Part shown: positions 1 through 9,924 of the stretch, one piece after another
How positions within the stretch are numbered: the stretch's first letter is position 1
How the letters are laid out: every line of letters begins with the position of its first letter
Assembly (NCBI GenBank): GCA_964555605.1
Contig: CAZKSY010000007.1
Location: 16,538 to 80,537 of the forward strand
From: an uncultured Chitinophagaceae bacterium
GTDB lineage: Bacteria > Bacteroidota > Bacteroidia > Chitinophagales > Chitinophagaceae
DNA length: 64,000 nucleotides
Direction of reading: 5' to 3'
Translations under genes and position numbers: made by a program
The notes under the pieces: generated by a model
Database searches by the model: none
Seen by the model: the letters and a program-made list of their open reading frames with translations, nothing else
Told to the model about the DNA's origin: nothing

Positions 1-551
1 ATCAGCAAACTTCCCAGAATCATTAACACGCTTCCATTTGTGAAGGAATGGCGGAAGATATTCCCCATTTTGCCCTGCCCGCCCACAGTGGGCTCAAATT
101 TTCGTATCAGCACCACACCCATAATGATCGCAGGTGCTTCCATGAGTGCGAGAACAGCAACCATATGTCCGCCAAAATGAAGATTCTGTCCTTCCAAAAA
201 ACTCGCAGCCGCTACAAAAGTTACCGCACTTACCGATCCATAAGCCGCTGCCACCGCCCCTGCATCACTCACATTGAGTTTGCGCTTCAGAATAAAAAAA
301 GTATACAGGGGAATCAAAGAGGCAATTAACAACCCGAATAAAAGTGACAGTAAAATCTCTGTGGTAAAGGGGCTGTGAGCCAGTTCCTGTCCGCCTTTAA
401 AGCCAATGGAAAATAACAGATACAGCGATATGAATTTGCTGGTGGAGGGGGGAATTTCCAAATCACTTTTAACCATCGTAGCGATGATGCCCAAAACAAA
501 ATACAATAGTGTGGGATTGGTAAGATTCGCTACCAGGATCTGAAAATCCAT
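1..551 (-). CDS. Sodium-dependent bicarbonate transport (SbtA/Sbt_1, DUF897)-family permease, N-terminal part; gene runs off the left edge
   Basis: Not in the ORF track because there is no stop in the window. The reverse complement from the ATG at 551-549 reads MDFQILVANLTNPTLLYFVLGIIATMVKSDLEIPPSTSKFISLYLLFSIGFKGG..., which is hydrophobic and has the SDLxIP and GFKGG pattern typical of this permease family. Confidence 0.75.
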   Translation of the reverse strand, partial: MDFQILVANLTNPTLLYFVLGIIATMVKSDLEIPPSTSKFISLYLLFSIGFKGGQELAHSPFTTEILLSLLFGLLIASLIPLYTFFILKRKLNVSDAGAVAAAYGSVSAVTFVAAASFLEGQNLHFGGHMVAVLALMEAPAIIMGVVLIRKFEPTVGGQGKMGNIFRHSFTNGSVLMILGSLL

Positions 552-640
552 AAATTACATTTAATGATAAAGAAAGTTATTGCCTTTCGGCCGGCGCGAA
601 ATTAGGGAATAGAAAGAACCCGAATGAAAACATTATACGT

Positions 641-1003
641 CTAACTGTTGTTTTCCAGATAATAATCTGCACCGTTTAACATTACGAACAGTGCAACAGC
701 CAAACGCTCCACAAAACTGAGTGGCAGGAGTTGGCCCCCCAGAAACTTCAGACGCATCACCAGCATCCCTATGGTTTTGCCAATTAAAAGAAGTAACAGC
801 AACCGATATAAAATAAAAAACAGGAACACCTGAAGAAACATGGGGGATTGAAGGAACCAATTGCGGGGGTAATGCGGACCCAACACCACGAACAAAATGC
901 CCGCGCCGATAATCACTAAAATAGCATCGATCATACCGGCGATCCATTTTCGGGATCCGTTGTCAGGAGCCGGGTCTTCATTATAATCAATGATGTCTTC
1001 CAT
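641..1003 (-). CDS. RDD-family membrane protein
   Basis: 120 aa with RKWIAGMIDAILVIIGAG (the R..D start of an RDD domain) and 3 hydrophobic segments. Its ATG overlaps the upstream stop by 1 nt (TGATG at 1001-1005). Confidence 0.65.
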   Translation of the reverse strand: MEDIIDYNEDPAPDNGSRKWIAGMIDAILVIIGAGILFVVLGPHYPRNWFLQSPMFLQVFLFFILYRLLLLLLIGKTIGMLVMRLKFLGGQLLPLSFVERLAVALFVMLNGADYYLENNS

Positions 1004-1449
1004 CAGGATTTCTTAGCCGCTTTTTTCTTGACACTTTTGGGAGCTGCTTTTTTTGTCCTGGCTGCCTTAGCCTGTTGTTTCAATTCAAAGGCCCCCTTAT
1101 TTTGAGCGAGACGCTCCTTTACCAATGTGGTGAGCAATTTGGCTGGAAAGGGATTCGTCGGGGTAAAATGTATGGTAGTATTCGCGATCTCCAGTTTGGA
1201 AAGTTCTTTATCATATTTTTTGATCAGGTCTTTACTGATGGCAAAAAGGCTGCAGTGATTTTTAAACGCACCAAAAAAAACAAGCATGCCCCATTGCATA
1301 TAACCTACCACTCCATAGCTCATCTTTTCCGTAGCGTCAGGAGCCGCTTTCCGAATGGTTGCCCGTACCTGTTGTAAGGCTTTTTGAACATCGGCAGGAA
1401 AACCGCTGATATATTCATCAACGGTAACTGGTTTTTTGGAGAGGGCCAT
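1003..1449 (-). CDS. DUF1801 (YdhG-like) domain protein with Lys/Ala-rich C-terminal tail
   Basis: 148 aa. VDEYISGFPADVQKALQQVRATIRKAAPDATEKMSYGV is a typical DUF1801 N-terminus. The tail is KQQAKAARTKKAAPKSVKKKAAKKS. Confidence 0.7.
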   Translation of the reverse strand: MALSKKPVTVDEYISGFPADVQKALQQVRATIRKAAPDATEKMSYGVVGYMQWGMLVFFGAFKNHCSLFAISKDLIKKYDKELSKLEIANTTIHFTPTNPFPAKLLTTLVKERLAQNKGAFELKQQAKAARTKKAAPKSVKKKAAKKS

Positions 1450-1471
1450 GGTTGCTTGTTTTAAGTTTACA

Positions 1472-2725
1472 CTATTTATTGTCTGCGCGGATCACCAAAA
1501 AATTCGCCACCCACTGAAAGCCAATAAATCCGATCAGGAATACTACTGAAATTACGGAAAAATAGGGTGCATTCGCAAAAGCAGCGATCACTCCCGCCAA
1601 TCCGATCACCGCCATCAGTATCGTATAATACAGAAAGGCATTCTTTACTTTACTTTTATACATCATCATACTGCAGGGAACCATCATGGCAAATCCAAAA
1701 AATGCCAGTACCAGCCATGGATCAGTACCGGTAAGAAGATACCCGGCCAAGGCCAGGGCAAACAGTACCAGACAGCCTCCCACGAAATTGGAACTGATGA
1801 TTTCTTCACGGGTCAGCAGATACCGCCCATAGGAATTCAAACGCAGAAAGAGATTACTGATCGGGCGCATCACCCAGGTGGATAATGCAAAAATGCTGAA
1901 CAGGATGAGTACCGGGGTCAGGAATGGTTTCAGCGCCGGATTTTGATCCGCTAAGGTATTCAGGGCACGTACCAGCACATAAAAACCAATGATCACTACC
2001 CACTGGTACTTTGCGGTAAGGTTGCTCATGAAAAACTGGTACTTCAGAAAACCGCGATAAAGTAAATTATTCGCTTTCAGGGCCTGCACCATGCCCGACT
2101 GCGCTGAATCGTTTCCCGGATCGTTTTTTAGTGCCTCCCGGAAATGCACTAATGCCTTTTTATGGTCTCCCCTTTCCAACAGATTCCAACCATAATTAGA
2201 ATGCGTGTAGGAATTATTGGGATCTTCCCGTAATGCACCTTCAATAGTTTGATACGATTCTTCGTTTCGTTTAAGCTTCAGCAAGGCTGAGCTCCGGATA
2301 TTAAGGGCGAGAATGTTCTTAGGGTCCAATTCCAACGCTTTATTCGCCTTTTCCAATGCGGGCCCGAACTGTTTACGTCCTAATTTTATAGAGGCCCATA
2401 ATGCATGAAAATCCGCATTTACAGGATCGAGGGTAACGGCTGTTTCCAAATGCTCTTCAGCCTGATCATAATATTCCCGTCGCAAAGCCACACGGCTTTT
2501 CAGAAAAAACCACACTCCTCTGTCGGGCTCATTGATAATGGCCCCATCAATGAGAGGCTCCGCTTTTTCCAACTTGTCGGTTTGAATATATACTTCACTT
2601 AACAATAAAATGGTGTACGTATTATCAGGTTCTAATGACAAGGCTTCCGTCAATACCTTTTCCGCATCGGCGTATCGACGTTGCTGTAACAATATCTGTG
2701 CTCTTTCTAAAAGGGAACCAAGCAT
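1472..2725 (-). CDS. TPR-repeat protein with C-terminal ~6-TM membrane domain
   Basis: 417 aa. The N-terminal ~220 aa hold repeated TPR-like A..Y/A..ALELDP motifs. The C-terminal ~190 aa have six hydrophobic helices. There is a 1-nt gap to the upstream AAA gene. Confidence 0.8.
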   Translation of the reverse strand: MLGSLLERAQILLQQRRYADAEKVLTEALSLEPDNTYTILLLSEVYIQTDKLEKAEPLIDGAIINEPDRGVWFFLKSRVALRREYYDQAEEHLETAVTLDPVNADFHALWASIKLGRKQFGPALEKANKALELDPKNILALNIRSSALLKLKRNEESYQTIEGALREDPNNSYTHSNYGWNLLERGDHKKALVHFREALKNDPGNDSAQSGMVQALKANNLLYRGFLKYQFFMSNLTAKYQWVVIIGFYVLVRALNTLADQNPALKPFLTPVLILFSIFALSTWVMRPISNLFLRLNSYGRYLLTREEIISSNFVGGCLVLFALALAGYLLTGTDPWLVLAFFGFAMMVPCSMMMYKSKVKNAFLYYTILMAVIGLAGVIAAFANAPYFSVISVVFLIGFIGFQWVANFLVIRADNK

Positions 2726-2726
2726 A

Positions 2727-4025
2727 CTATTTTTTTATTTTCATATAGGTAAGTATGTCATCATACAAACCGGAATCATTGGCGAACAAAGCAAAATTTT
2801 TGGCAGTGGCAAACCATTCCTGCGTGCTGGCCCGATGCTTTTTAGCGGCCTGCAGCAGATCGCTTGTTTTCAACGGGCGCGGAATGCCGTCTGTAAAAGA
2901 AGCTTCCAGTTTTTCTTCAATAGCAATATCGATCAGGGCTTCAATATCGGCCCCTGAATAATGTTCCAGTTTTTGAGCCAATTGTTTATAATCGATTTCC
3001 TCAACTGGTTTTTGAGATAATTTCAAGCGCAGGATCGATTCCCTCGCAGCGGCATCGGGTGGTGGCACAAATATAATTCGGTCAAAACGCCCCGGGCGAC
3101 GAAAGGCCGGATCAAGATGCCAGGGTGTATTGGTTGCACCAAGGATCAGGAGGCCTTCATTGGCCTGATCGATCCCATCAAGTTCCTGTAAAAATTGGTT
3201 GATCAGATGCCGGCCGCTGCTTTGTTTCATATCGGCCCTGCTGGCACCCAGCGCATCAATTTCATCGAAGAACAGCACACAGGGCTTGTTCGCTCTTGCC
3301 ACTTCAAAAAGGTTATGCAGATTCTTTTCACTGCTACCGATCCACATATCCAGGATATCGCTTAGTGCTACACTGATAAATTGCGCATTCACCTCACCGG
3401 CAGTTGCCCTTGCAATGAATGTTTTACCACAACCGGGAGGGCCGTATAATAAAATGCCCCCTCCGGTTTTCTTCCCGTAGGCTTTATACAACTCGGGATG
3501 CCTGAGGGGTTGAACGATCTTTAAACCGATCTCTTTTTTCACCTGATCCATGCCGCCTACATGTTCAAAATTTATATCAGGTCGTTCCAGAAAAGGATCC
3601 TCTTCTATTGGATCCGGCTCCATCATTATCCCCATTCGCAACTGCTGATCCAGTTCCGGATCCTGCCTGTCCGGATCAATGGCCAGCGCTTTCTTATAAC
3701 TATCTACAGCGGCTTCAATTTCATTTTCCTGATACAGCGCTTTCGCATAAAGAATATATACTTCGGCATCCGCCTCGCCGGTTTGGATTAGCTCCTCCAG
3801 TATTACGTTACATTGGGAATATTTTTTCTGCAGGAAGAATACTCTTGCCAATCCATAACGATGTACCACATCCGAAGACAAACGTACCAGTTCCAGATAC
3901 TCCTTTTCAGCCTCTGCCAATTGATCGGCCTGCACCAGTGCTGTTGCCAAAAGTTGCCGTAACGGAATATTTCCCGGAGAAACCAGCAGGGCCTCTTTCA
4001 GATTGTTGATGTATTCCTGATTCAT
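2727..4025 (-). CDS. AAA+ ATPase (classical AAA clade) with N-terminal TPR domain
   Basis: 432 aa with Walker A GPPGCGKT, Walker B LFFDEID and second region of homology ATNTPWHLDPAFRRPGRFDR. The N-terminal ~130 aa are TPR-like. No protease domain is present. Confidence 0.9.
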   Translation of the reverse strand: MNQEYINNLKEALLVSPGNIPLRQLLATALVQADQLAEAEKEYLELVRLSSDVVHRYGLARVFFLQKKYSQCNVILEELIQTGEADAEVYILYAKALYQENEIEAAVDSYKKALAIDPDRQDPELDQQLRMGIMMEPDPIEEDPFLERPDINFEHVGGMDQVKKEIGLKIVQPLRHPELYKAYGKKTGGGILLYGPPGCGKTFIARATAGEVNAQFISVALSDILDMWIGSSEKNLHNLFEVARANKPCVLFFDEIDALGASRADMKQSSGRHLINQFLQELDGIDQANEGLLILGATNTPWHLDPAFRRPGRFDRIIFVPPPDAAARESILRLKLSQKPVEEIDYKQLAQKLEHYSGADIEALIDIAIEEKLEASFTDGIPRPLKTSDLLQAAKKHRASTQEWFATAKNFALFANDSGLYDDILTYMKIKK

Positions 4026-4052
4026 GTGTAAGCGTATTCGGTAATTCCAGTA

Positions 4053-5075
4053 TTATTTATTAAAATAGATCTCTGTAGCCCCGTATCCATAAGCCGGATG
4101 GAATTGATTGATAAAACTCTTGACCTCTTTCCGCCGGCGCAGTTGCTCATGTATCTCATCCCTTAATTTACCACTGCCCACTCCATGTATAACGATCATG
4201 GATGGCTGATGATGCAGCAACGCCAGTTCGAGATATTTTTCAAAGGTCCGCAATTGCAAATCCAATTTTTGCAGACTGGAAAGCTTCTCATGCTCCGGTT
4301 CTAATTGTTCAATATGCAGATCCAGTTCATATTTCGCTTGCTCCAGATGTTGACGCAACTGGCTCACATCATATATTTTGAAACCCTTTTTCGACAATGA
4401 GCCCAGGTCTACCTTTTCAGGATCTTCCGGTTTGTCGGGATATGTTTCAAAAAGTTTGTATGAAAATGTTGCTTCTCCTTTTTGGCGCAATTCCTGAATG
4501 CGGGTAAACACTTGCTTTGCCTTTAATTTAAGAAAGCTCTCATAATACGGCGCCTTCTTTTTATCATGATGGATGAGTGAGAACTCAAAGCTGAACAGCG
4601 GGCTATCGTTCAGGTTCTCAAACGGAATATCATGCAGGTAAAAGTCTTCAAATGACTGAATGTCATTTTTCAGTTCAAATCCTTCTTTCCCAACATAACT
4701 TAATTCATAGGCAAAATGCATGGGAGAGGTTGTTCTATTGACCAGGTGGATCTTTAATTCTTCCACCACTTCATCTCCAAATTCGTCGGTATCGGTGATG
4801 GGGATGAACGTTACCCATACCCCATCGGCAACACGGTTTTCAACCTTTTTTTTCTCTACTTTAAGGTCGTCAATAAAACGTTTCGGCTTGGGTGCCGGCG
4901 TGTTTTTACCCTGCGTGAATAATTTAAAATAGGGAAATTCCAATTGATCGGTATAGGCTGGAAAACGAACACCCTTTACTTCCAGTAATACCATTTTATC
5001 ATTGATGATATCAACAACAACGCCATCATCATTGGTATGTTTCACCACCACTTTGTCACCCGTCTGAAACTTCAT
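4053..5075 (-). CDS. Smr-domain protein (DUF2027-like N-terminus plus C-terminal Smr/MutS2-type nuclease domain)
   Basis: 340 aa. The C-terminus has ELDLHIEQL...MIVIHGVGSGKLRDEIHEQL, which fits the Smr LDLHG...IHGxGxGxL pattern. Confidence 0.8.
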   Translation of the reverse strand: MKFQTGDKVVVKHTNDDGVVVDIINDKMVLLEVKGVRFPAYTDQLEFPYFKLFTQGKNTPAPKPKRFIDDLKVEKKKVENRVADGVWVTFIPITDTDEFGDEVVEELKIHLVNRTTSPMHFAYELSYVGKEGFELKNDIQSFEDFYLHDIPFENLNDSPLFSFEFSLIHHDKKKAPYYESFLKLKAKQVFTRIQELRQKGEATFSYKLFETYPDKPEDPEKVDLGSLSKKGFKIYDVSQLRQHLEQAKYELDLHIEQLEPEHEKLSSLQKLDLQLRTFEKYLELALLHHQPSMIVIHGVGSGKLRDEIHEQLRRRKEVKSFINQFHPAYGYGATEIYFNK

Positions 5076-5106
5076 TCCACTAAATATTAAATTTAAAAGG
5101 AACCGC

Positions 5107-6855
5107 CTACCGGCTCAACTGATTCAATTTGCTCTTTTTAAATCCGTAAAGGAAATAAACCACGAGTCCTACTGCCAACCAGCCTAAAAACCATGCCCAA
5201 TTATTTTTTGTCATTCCTGTCAGCAAGTACATACAGGTAGTGAGTCCAAGTAATGGTATCAGGGAATAGCGGCGCAGGTAAGCAAATACAGCCATTATCA
5301 CACAGAATATCCAGAATAAAATGAGGGATATCTGCGGAGTAGCGGCATCCATAAAGCTGATTTTTTTACTCATGTACTCCTCATTAGCCGAAAAGTCAAA
5401 ATGCAGCAGATCGGCAAAATAAGTCCGGTTGAAATACAAAATAATTGACACCGCAATGATCAGGAGCATGGGGAAAACATATTGTCCGCTGATATGCGGC
5501 ATATTAAAACGCCCGGCCACTTTTTCTTTTCGTGGTATCAGCAACACCCCTCCGCAAACCAATACGAAGGCAAAGAGTGTGGCAATACTGGTAAAGTCAA
5601 GAACAAAGTCTTTATCAGTAAAAAGAATGGGCAACCCCACAACCACACCTGTCATAATAGTGGCAAAGGAAGGCGTTTTATACCTGGAGTGGATGCGTTG
5701 GAAAATGGGAGGCAGCAAACCGTCGCGGCTCATACTCATCCAAATGCGGGGTTGGCCCATTTGAAAAACCAGTAATACGCTGGTCATGGCTACCACCGCA
5801 CAAATGGCCACGAGTACCTGCATCCATCCGATATTCAAATTACCGGCTTCGAATATGAATGCCAGTGGGTCGCCTACATTATCGAATTTCTGATAATTCA
5901 CCGCACCCGTAAGCACCAGAGTTAAAAGTATATACACCACCGTGCAAATCACCAACGACAGGATCATTCCTCGGGGAAGATCGCGTTGGGGGTTCTTACT
6001 TTCTTCGGCCAGTACACTTACTGCATCAAATCCGATATACGCAAAGAACACACCGCTCACGGCTGCCATCACCCCACCAAATCCATTCGGCATGAAAGCG
6101 TGTTCGCCCTGCGCATTCACGGGCGTCCAGTTAAACGTAAGACCATTATTCAGGATCAGTGCCCCGCCTACCACGATCACCAGAAATACGATGGCCAGTT
6201 TCAGTACCACCATGGCATTGCTGAAATTCTTGGATTCTTTAACCCCAACATAAACCAGCATGGTAATGAGAACATTGATCACCAATGCAGGAAGGTCCAG
6301 AATAATCCGCAGGCCGCCGATCTGCGGCGCATTATTCCAGGCACCGATCAGTTCAGGATTGGATTTTCCGGCAGCAACTGCATGTTTGGCTTCCATATAA
6401 CTGCAGGTAAGAAAATCGGGGACATGGATATCCATTTTATGCAGAAAGGACGTAAAGTAATCGCTCCAGGAAAAGGCAACGTAAATATTCCCTATAGAAT
6501 ATTCCATGATCAGTGCCCATCCAATGATCCAGGCAAATAATTCGCCGAAAGAAGCATAGGCATAGGTATAAGCACTACCGGCAACGGGTATCCTGCTGGC
6601 AAACTCCGAATAACAAAAGGCTGTAAAGGCACAGGCAATACCGGTGATCACAAATAAGATCACCACACCCGGACCACCACTGTAAACAGCGGAGCCCAAA
6701 CTACTGAAACTTCCTGCTCCAATAATGGCTGCAATACCAAAAAAAGTGAGGTCGCGCAGGGTAAGCACCCGTTTCAATCCACCACCATGCGAATCATCGG
6801 ATCCTTCAGCTAAAATTGATTCGATCTTTTTTGTCCGGAATAAAGAATTGAGCAT
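5107..6855 (-). CDS. APC-superfamily amino acid permease (cationic amino-acid transporter-like)
   Basis: 582 aa with ~12-14 TM segments. GIAAIIGAGSFSSLG and AYTYAYASFGE are typical APC/CAT motifs. Confidence 0.9.
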   Translation of the reverse strand: MLNSLFRTKKIESILAEGSDDSHGGGLKRVLTLRDLTFFGIAAIIGAGSFSSLGSAVYSGGPGVVILFVITGIACAFTAFCYSEFASRIPVAGSAYTYAYASFGELFAWIIGWALIMEYSIGNIYVAFSWSDYFTSFLHKMDIHVPDFLTCSYMEAKHAVAAGKSNPELIGAWNNAPQIGGLRIILDLPALVINVLITMLVYVGVKESKNFSNAMVVLKLAIVFLVIVVGGALILNNGLTFNWTPVNAQGEHAFMPNGFGGVMAAVSGVFFAYIGFDAVSVLAEESKNPQRDLPRGMILSLVICTVVYILLTLVLTGAVNYQKFDNVGDPLAFIFEAGNLNIGWMQVLVAICAVVAMTSVLLVFQMGQPRIWMSMSRDGLLPPIFQRIHSRYKTPSFATIMTGVVVGLPILFTDKDFVLDFTSIATLFAFVLVCGGVLLIPRKEKVAGRFNMPHISGQYVFPMLLIIAVSIILYFNRTYFADLLHFDFSANEEYMSKKISFMDAATPQISLILFWIFCVIMAVFAYLRRYSLIPLLGLTTCMYLLTGMTKNNWAWFLGWLAVGLVVYFLYGFKKSKLNQLSR

Positions 6856-6903
6856 AGCAATGCGTTCGTTTTAATAAAATTAGTATCGTTGGCTTCTCTG
6901 TTA

Positions 6904-7878
6904 TCAATAATCCCTTTTTACCAGGAATTCTGTCAGTTGCCGGATGGGTTCCTTTCTAACAGACACCACCGCAATATCCTCCATACTGGCCCATGCTTTT
7001 TGCATGAATTCATCTTTCAGATTGCGGGCCCAGCTATCTACCCCAAATTCCCGATACAGGTCCAGCATCCTGGCTACCTTATCGGTTGGATTCCCACTGA
7101 GTAATGCATCAAGCTTATTTTTATTTTCACCCGTTGCCACTTCCAAGGCTTTGATCAGCAGAAAGGTTTTTTTGTTGGCCAGTATATCGCCCCCTACCTG
7201 TTTGCCGAATTTTTCCGGGTCACCAAAAGCATCCAGGTAATCGTCCTGCACTTGAAACGCAATGCCCAGGTTACGACCAAACTCATATAATTTAAGCTGA
7301 TTGGATTCACTGGCGCCTCCCATAATGGCCCCCATTTGCAAACTGGCTGCCAACAAAACGGATGTTTTCAATTGTATCATGTGCAGGTACTCCCCGAGGG
7401 TAACCTTATCGCGATTTTCAAAGTCCATATCGAGTTGCTGCCCTTCACAAACTTCTTTAGCCGTGCGATTGAAGAGTGACAGAATTTTTCCGAGGAATTC
7501 CGGTGCAATACGACTCAGCTTTTCATATGCCGCAACAAGCATTACATCGCCGGCCAGAATAGCTGTGGGCATTCCGTATTTTTCGTGAATGGTGGTCATG
7601 CCCCTTCGTAAGGGTGCTTTATCCATGATGTCGTCGTGAATCAACGAAAAATTATGAAACAACTCAATTGCGTCTGCTACCTGCCAGGCATCCGGACGAA
7701 TATCATCAAACAACTCATTTCCCATTAAACACATCACAGGTCTCACCCTCTTTCCTCCTAAACGTAAAAAGTACTCATTAGGATCATACAGGGAAGCGGG
7801 TTGCTCCGGGAAATGCCGGTTTGAAAAATGGAGGGCATACTGTTTTGCCAGCGAATCAAAACTATTCATAAGAGCCAA
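6904..7878 (-). CDS. Polyprenyl diphosphate synthase family protein
   Basis: 324 aa with the first Asp-rich motif LIHDDIMD and the second FQVQDDYLD. Confidence 0.9.
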   Translation of the reverse strand: MALMNSFDSLAKQYALHFSNRHFPEQPASLYDPNEYFLRLGGKRVRPVMCLMGNELFDDIRPDAWQVADAIELFHNFSLIHDDIMDKAPLRRGMTTIHEKYGMPTAILAGDVMLVAAYEKLSRIAPEFLGKILSLFNRTAKEVCEGQQLDMDFENRDKVTLGEYLHMIQLKTSVLLAASLQMGAIMGGASESNQLKLYEFGRNLGIAFQVQDDYLDAFGDPEKFGKQVGGDILANKKTFLLIKALEVATGENKNKLDALLSGNPTDKVARMLDLYREFGVDSWARNLKDEFMQKAWASMEDIAVVSVRKEPIRQLTEFLVKRDY

Positions 7879-7896
7879 ATCTACTTGAAAACCGCA

Positions 7897-9924
7897 CTAT
7901 TTCCGTTTTTTATGGGCTGTTTTTGGACGGGTGGTCTTTCTTGGTGCAGGACCGGGTTTTTCTTCCCCGGAACCATCGAATACCCATTCATAATCAAGCT
8001 GCCGTTTGGTCAAATTGGCTGCCACCACTTTTATGGTCACTTTATCCCCCATTCTGAACTGTTTTCCGCTCCGCATACCAGCTAAACAATAGTCTTCTTC
8101 CACATGGCGGAAATCGTCGTAGTCCAGCAGTGAATTGATACTCACCAATCCCTCACATTTATGCTCTACGGTTTCCACCCAGAAGCCGAAACCCGACACC
8201 CCACTGATCACTCCTTCAAAATCCTCTCCCAAATATTGTTGCATGAATTCCACCTGCTTGTATTTATTGGCGGCCCGTTCCGTTTCCATGGCCCCCCGTT
8301 CCTGCGCACTGCAGTGCTTGCATTTCTGTTCCAGTTTTTTATCAATGCTGGCTTTATGCGTAAGAATATCAAAAAGAATCCGGTGTACCAAAACGTCGGG
8401 ATAGCGTCGGATGGGAGACGTAAAGTGACAATAGAATTTAAAGCCCAAACCATAGTGACCTATATTCTCTGTGGTATACAGGGCTTTGGCCATGGTACGG
8501 ATACCTAATTGCTCCAATACATGCTGTTCCGGTTTGCCTTTAACATCTTCCAGCATCTGATTAAAGGAGCTGGCAATGCCTTCCGGCGTTTTAATATCGA
8601 ACCCATGTCCATACTTTTTAGCAAAAGCGACGAATGGCAGCAACTTCATTTCGTCGGGCGTATCATGTACCCTGTAGGGAAATGGAACCGGATTTTTTTC
8701 GATCCTGACTTTTGAAACCGTTTCGGCAACTACCCGGTTAGCCAACAGCATGAACTCCTCGATCAACTGGTGTGCTTCCTTACTTTCTTTAACCATAATG
8801 CCGATAGGCTTACCCTTTTCATCGAGTCGGAAACGAACTTCCTGTGAAGAGAAATTGATGGCGCCCTTTTTAAATCGTTGTTTGCGGTAACGCTGCGCAA
8901 TGGAATTCAACAGCAGCAGTTCGTCGCTGTGCAACCCCTCTCCTTTCTCAATGATCTCCTGCACCTCTTCATAGGTAAACCGGTGATCGGAATGGATGAT
9001 GGTTTTACCCAGCCAGTATTCTTTGATTTCTCCTTTGGCGTTTAATTCAAAAACCGCCGAAAAAGTCAGTTTATCTTCCTTGGGCCGAAGGGAACATAGT
9101 TCATTGGAAATTCGCTCAGGCAACATGGGCGAAACCCGATCGGGCAGATAAACAGAAGTTGCTCTTTCATAGGCTTCTTTATCAAGCGCTGTATCCGGTT
9201 CCACAAAATGGCTTACATCCGCAATGTGAACGCCCACTTCAAAATTGCCATTCTTCAATACCCGGAAAGATAGGGCATCGTCGAAATCTTTGGCATCAAC
9301 CGGATCAATGGTAAAGGTGAGTATATCGCGAAAATCACGTCTGGACTGAATTTCGGCAGCGGGAATCGCATCGGGTATCCGTTCACTTTCTTCCACAACT
9401 TCTTCCGGGAAAAAAAGTGGAAAGCCATTCTGGAGTAACAACTCTTTCATGGCAAGATCATTGGCATCGGAGGCGTCCAGCAACTGAATGACCTCTCCCA
9501 CGGGCTTCTTATTCTTTTCCCACTCAACGATCTTAACAATGGCCCTGTCGCCGTTTTGGGCATTTTTCAAGGCACTCAAGGGGATATAAATATCTGGCAT
9601 GGGTTTATCGGAGTCGGGTATAAAAAAGGCCACATTCTTTCCGAGATCGATACGACCCAGATAGTCAGATTGCTTACGCTGCAGTACTTCTTTCACTATT
9701 CCTTGTAAACGACCGCTCTTTCTGAAGGGGTCGCGCACTTCTACAATAACGGTATCGCCGTGAAGAGCAGTATTAAAATCGCCGGGGCGCACCATAATAT
9801 CGTTGGCCAGGTTTTCAACGATTACATAACCCATTCCGGAACGGGTAATATCGAGTATGCCTTTATAGCCTTTCGGTTCCCGGGAATGTTGTTTATTTTT
9901 TCTTTTTCCTGATTTTTTACTCAT
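7897..9924 (-). CDS. rnr: Ribonuclease R
   Basis: RNB catalytic motif TIDPVDAKDFDDALS, an S1-like C-terminus and a basic tail. I chose the start at MSKKSGKRKNK (9924) rather than the ORF maximum (9975), because the maximum would overlap lpxK by 59 nt. Confidence 0.9.
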   Translation of the reverse strand: MSKKSGKRKNKQHSREPKGYKGILDITRSGMGYVIVENLANDIMVRPGDFNTALHGDTVIVEVRDPFRKSGRLQGIVKEVLQRKQSDYLGRIDLGKNVAFFIPDSDKPMPDIYIPLSALKNAQNGDRAIVKIVEWEKNKKPVGEVIQLLDASDANDLAMKELLLQNGFPLFFPEEVVEESERIPDAIPAAEIQSRRDFRDILTFTIDPVDAKDFDDALSFRVLKNGNFEVGVHIADVSHFVEPDTALDKEAYERATSVYLPDRVSPMLPERISNELCSLRPKEDKLTFSAVFELNAKGEIKEYWLGKTIIHSDHRFTYEEVQEIIEKGEGLHSDELLLLNSIAQRYRKQRFKKGAINFSSQEVRFRLDEKGKPIGIMVKESKEAHQLIEEFMLLANRVVAETVSKVRIEKNPVPFPYRVHDTPDEMKLLPFVAFAKKYGHGFDIKTPEGIASSFNQMLEDVKGKPEQHVLEQLGIRTMAKALYTTENIGHYGLGFKFYCHFTSPIRRYPDVLVHRILFDILTHKASIDKKLEQKCKHCSAQERGAMETERAANKYKQVEFMQQYLGEDFEGVISGVSGFGFWVETVEHKCEGLVSINSLLDYDDFRHVEEDYCLAGMRSGKQFRMGDKVTIKVVAANLTKRQLDYEWVFDGSGEEKPGPAPRKTTRPKTAHKKRK

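Noticed and set aside
48-329. 93-aa plus-strand ORF at the left edge
   Set aside because: It lies antisense to the well-supported SbtA-family permease reading frame (1-551, minus strand) and is His/Cys/Arg-rich.
1472-5075. Reading the AAA+ / Smr / TPR trio as an anti-phage defence cassette
   Set aside because: There is no mobile-element context, no sensor or effector pair typical of known systems, and the flanking genes are housekeeping. DUF2027-Smr proteins appear, from memory, to be broadly conserved in Bacteroidota. I keep it only as an uncharacterised module.
5986-6540. Long antisense or shadow ORFs inside real genes. Examples are 5986-6540, 15949-16575, 37286-37938, 43680-44231, 53060-53695, 60699-61343, 40489-40974 and 13717-14151.
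   Set aside because: Each lies fully within a strongly supported gene on the opposite strand. They have skewed low-complexity composition (His/Cys/Arg/Gly-rich) and lack motifs, so they are typical shadow ORFs.
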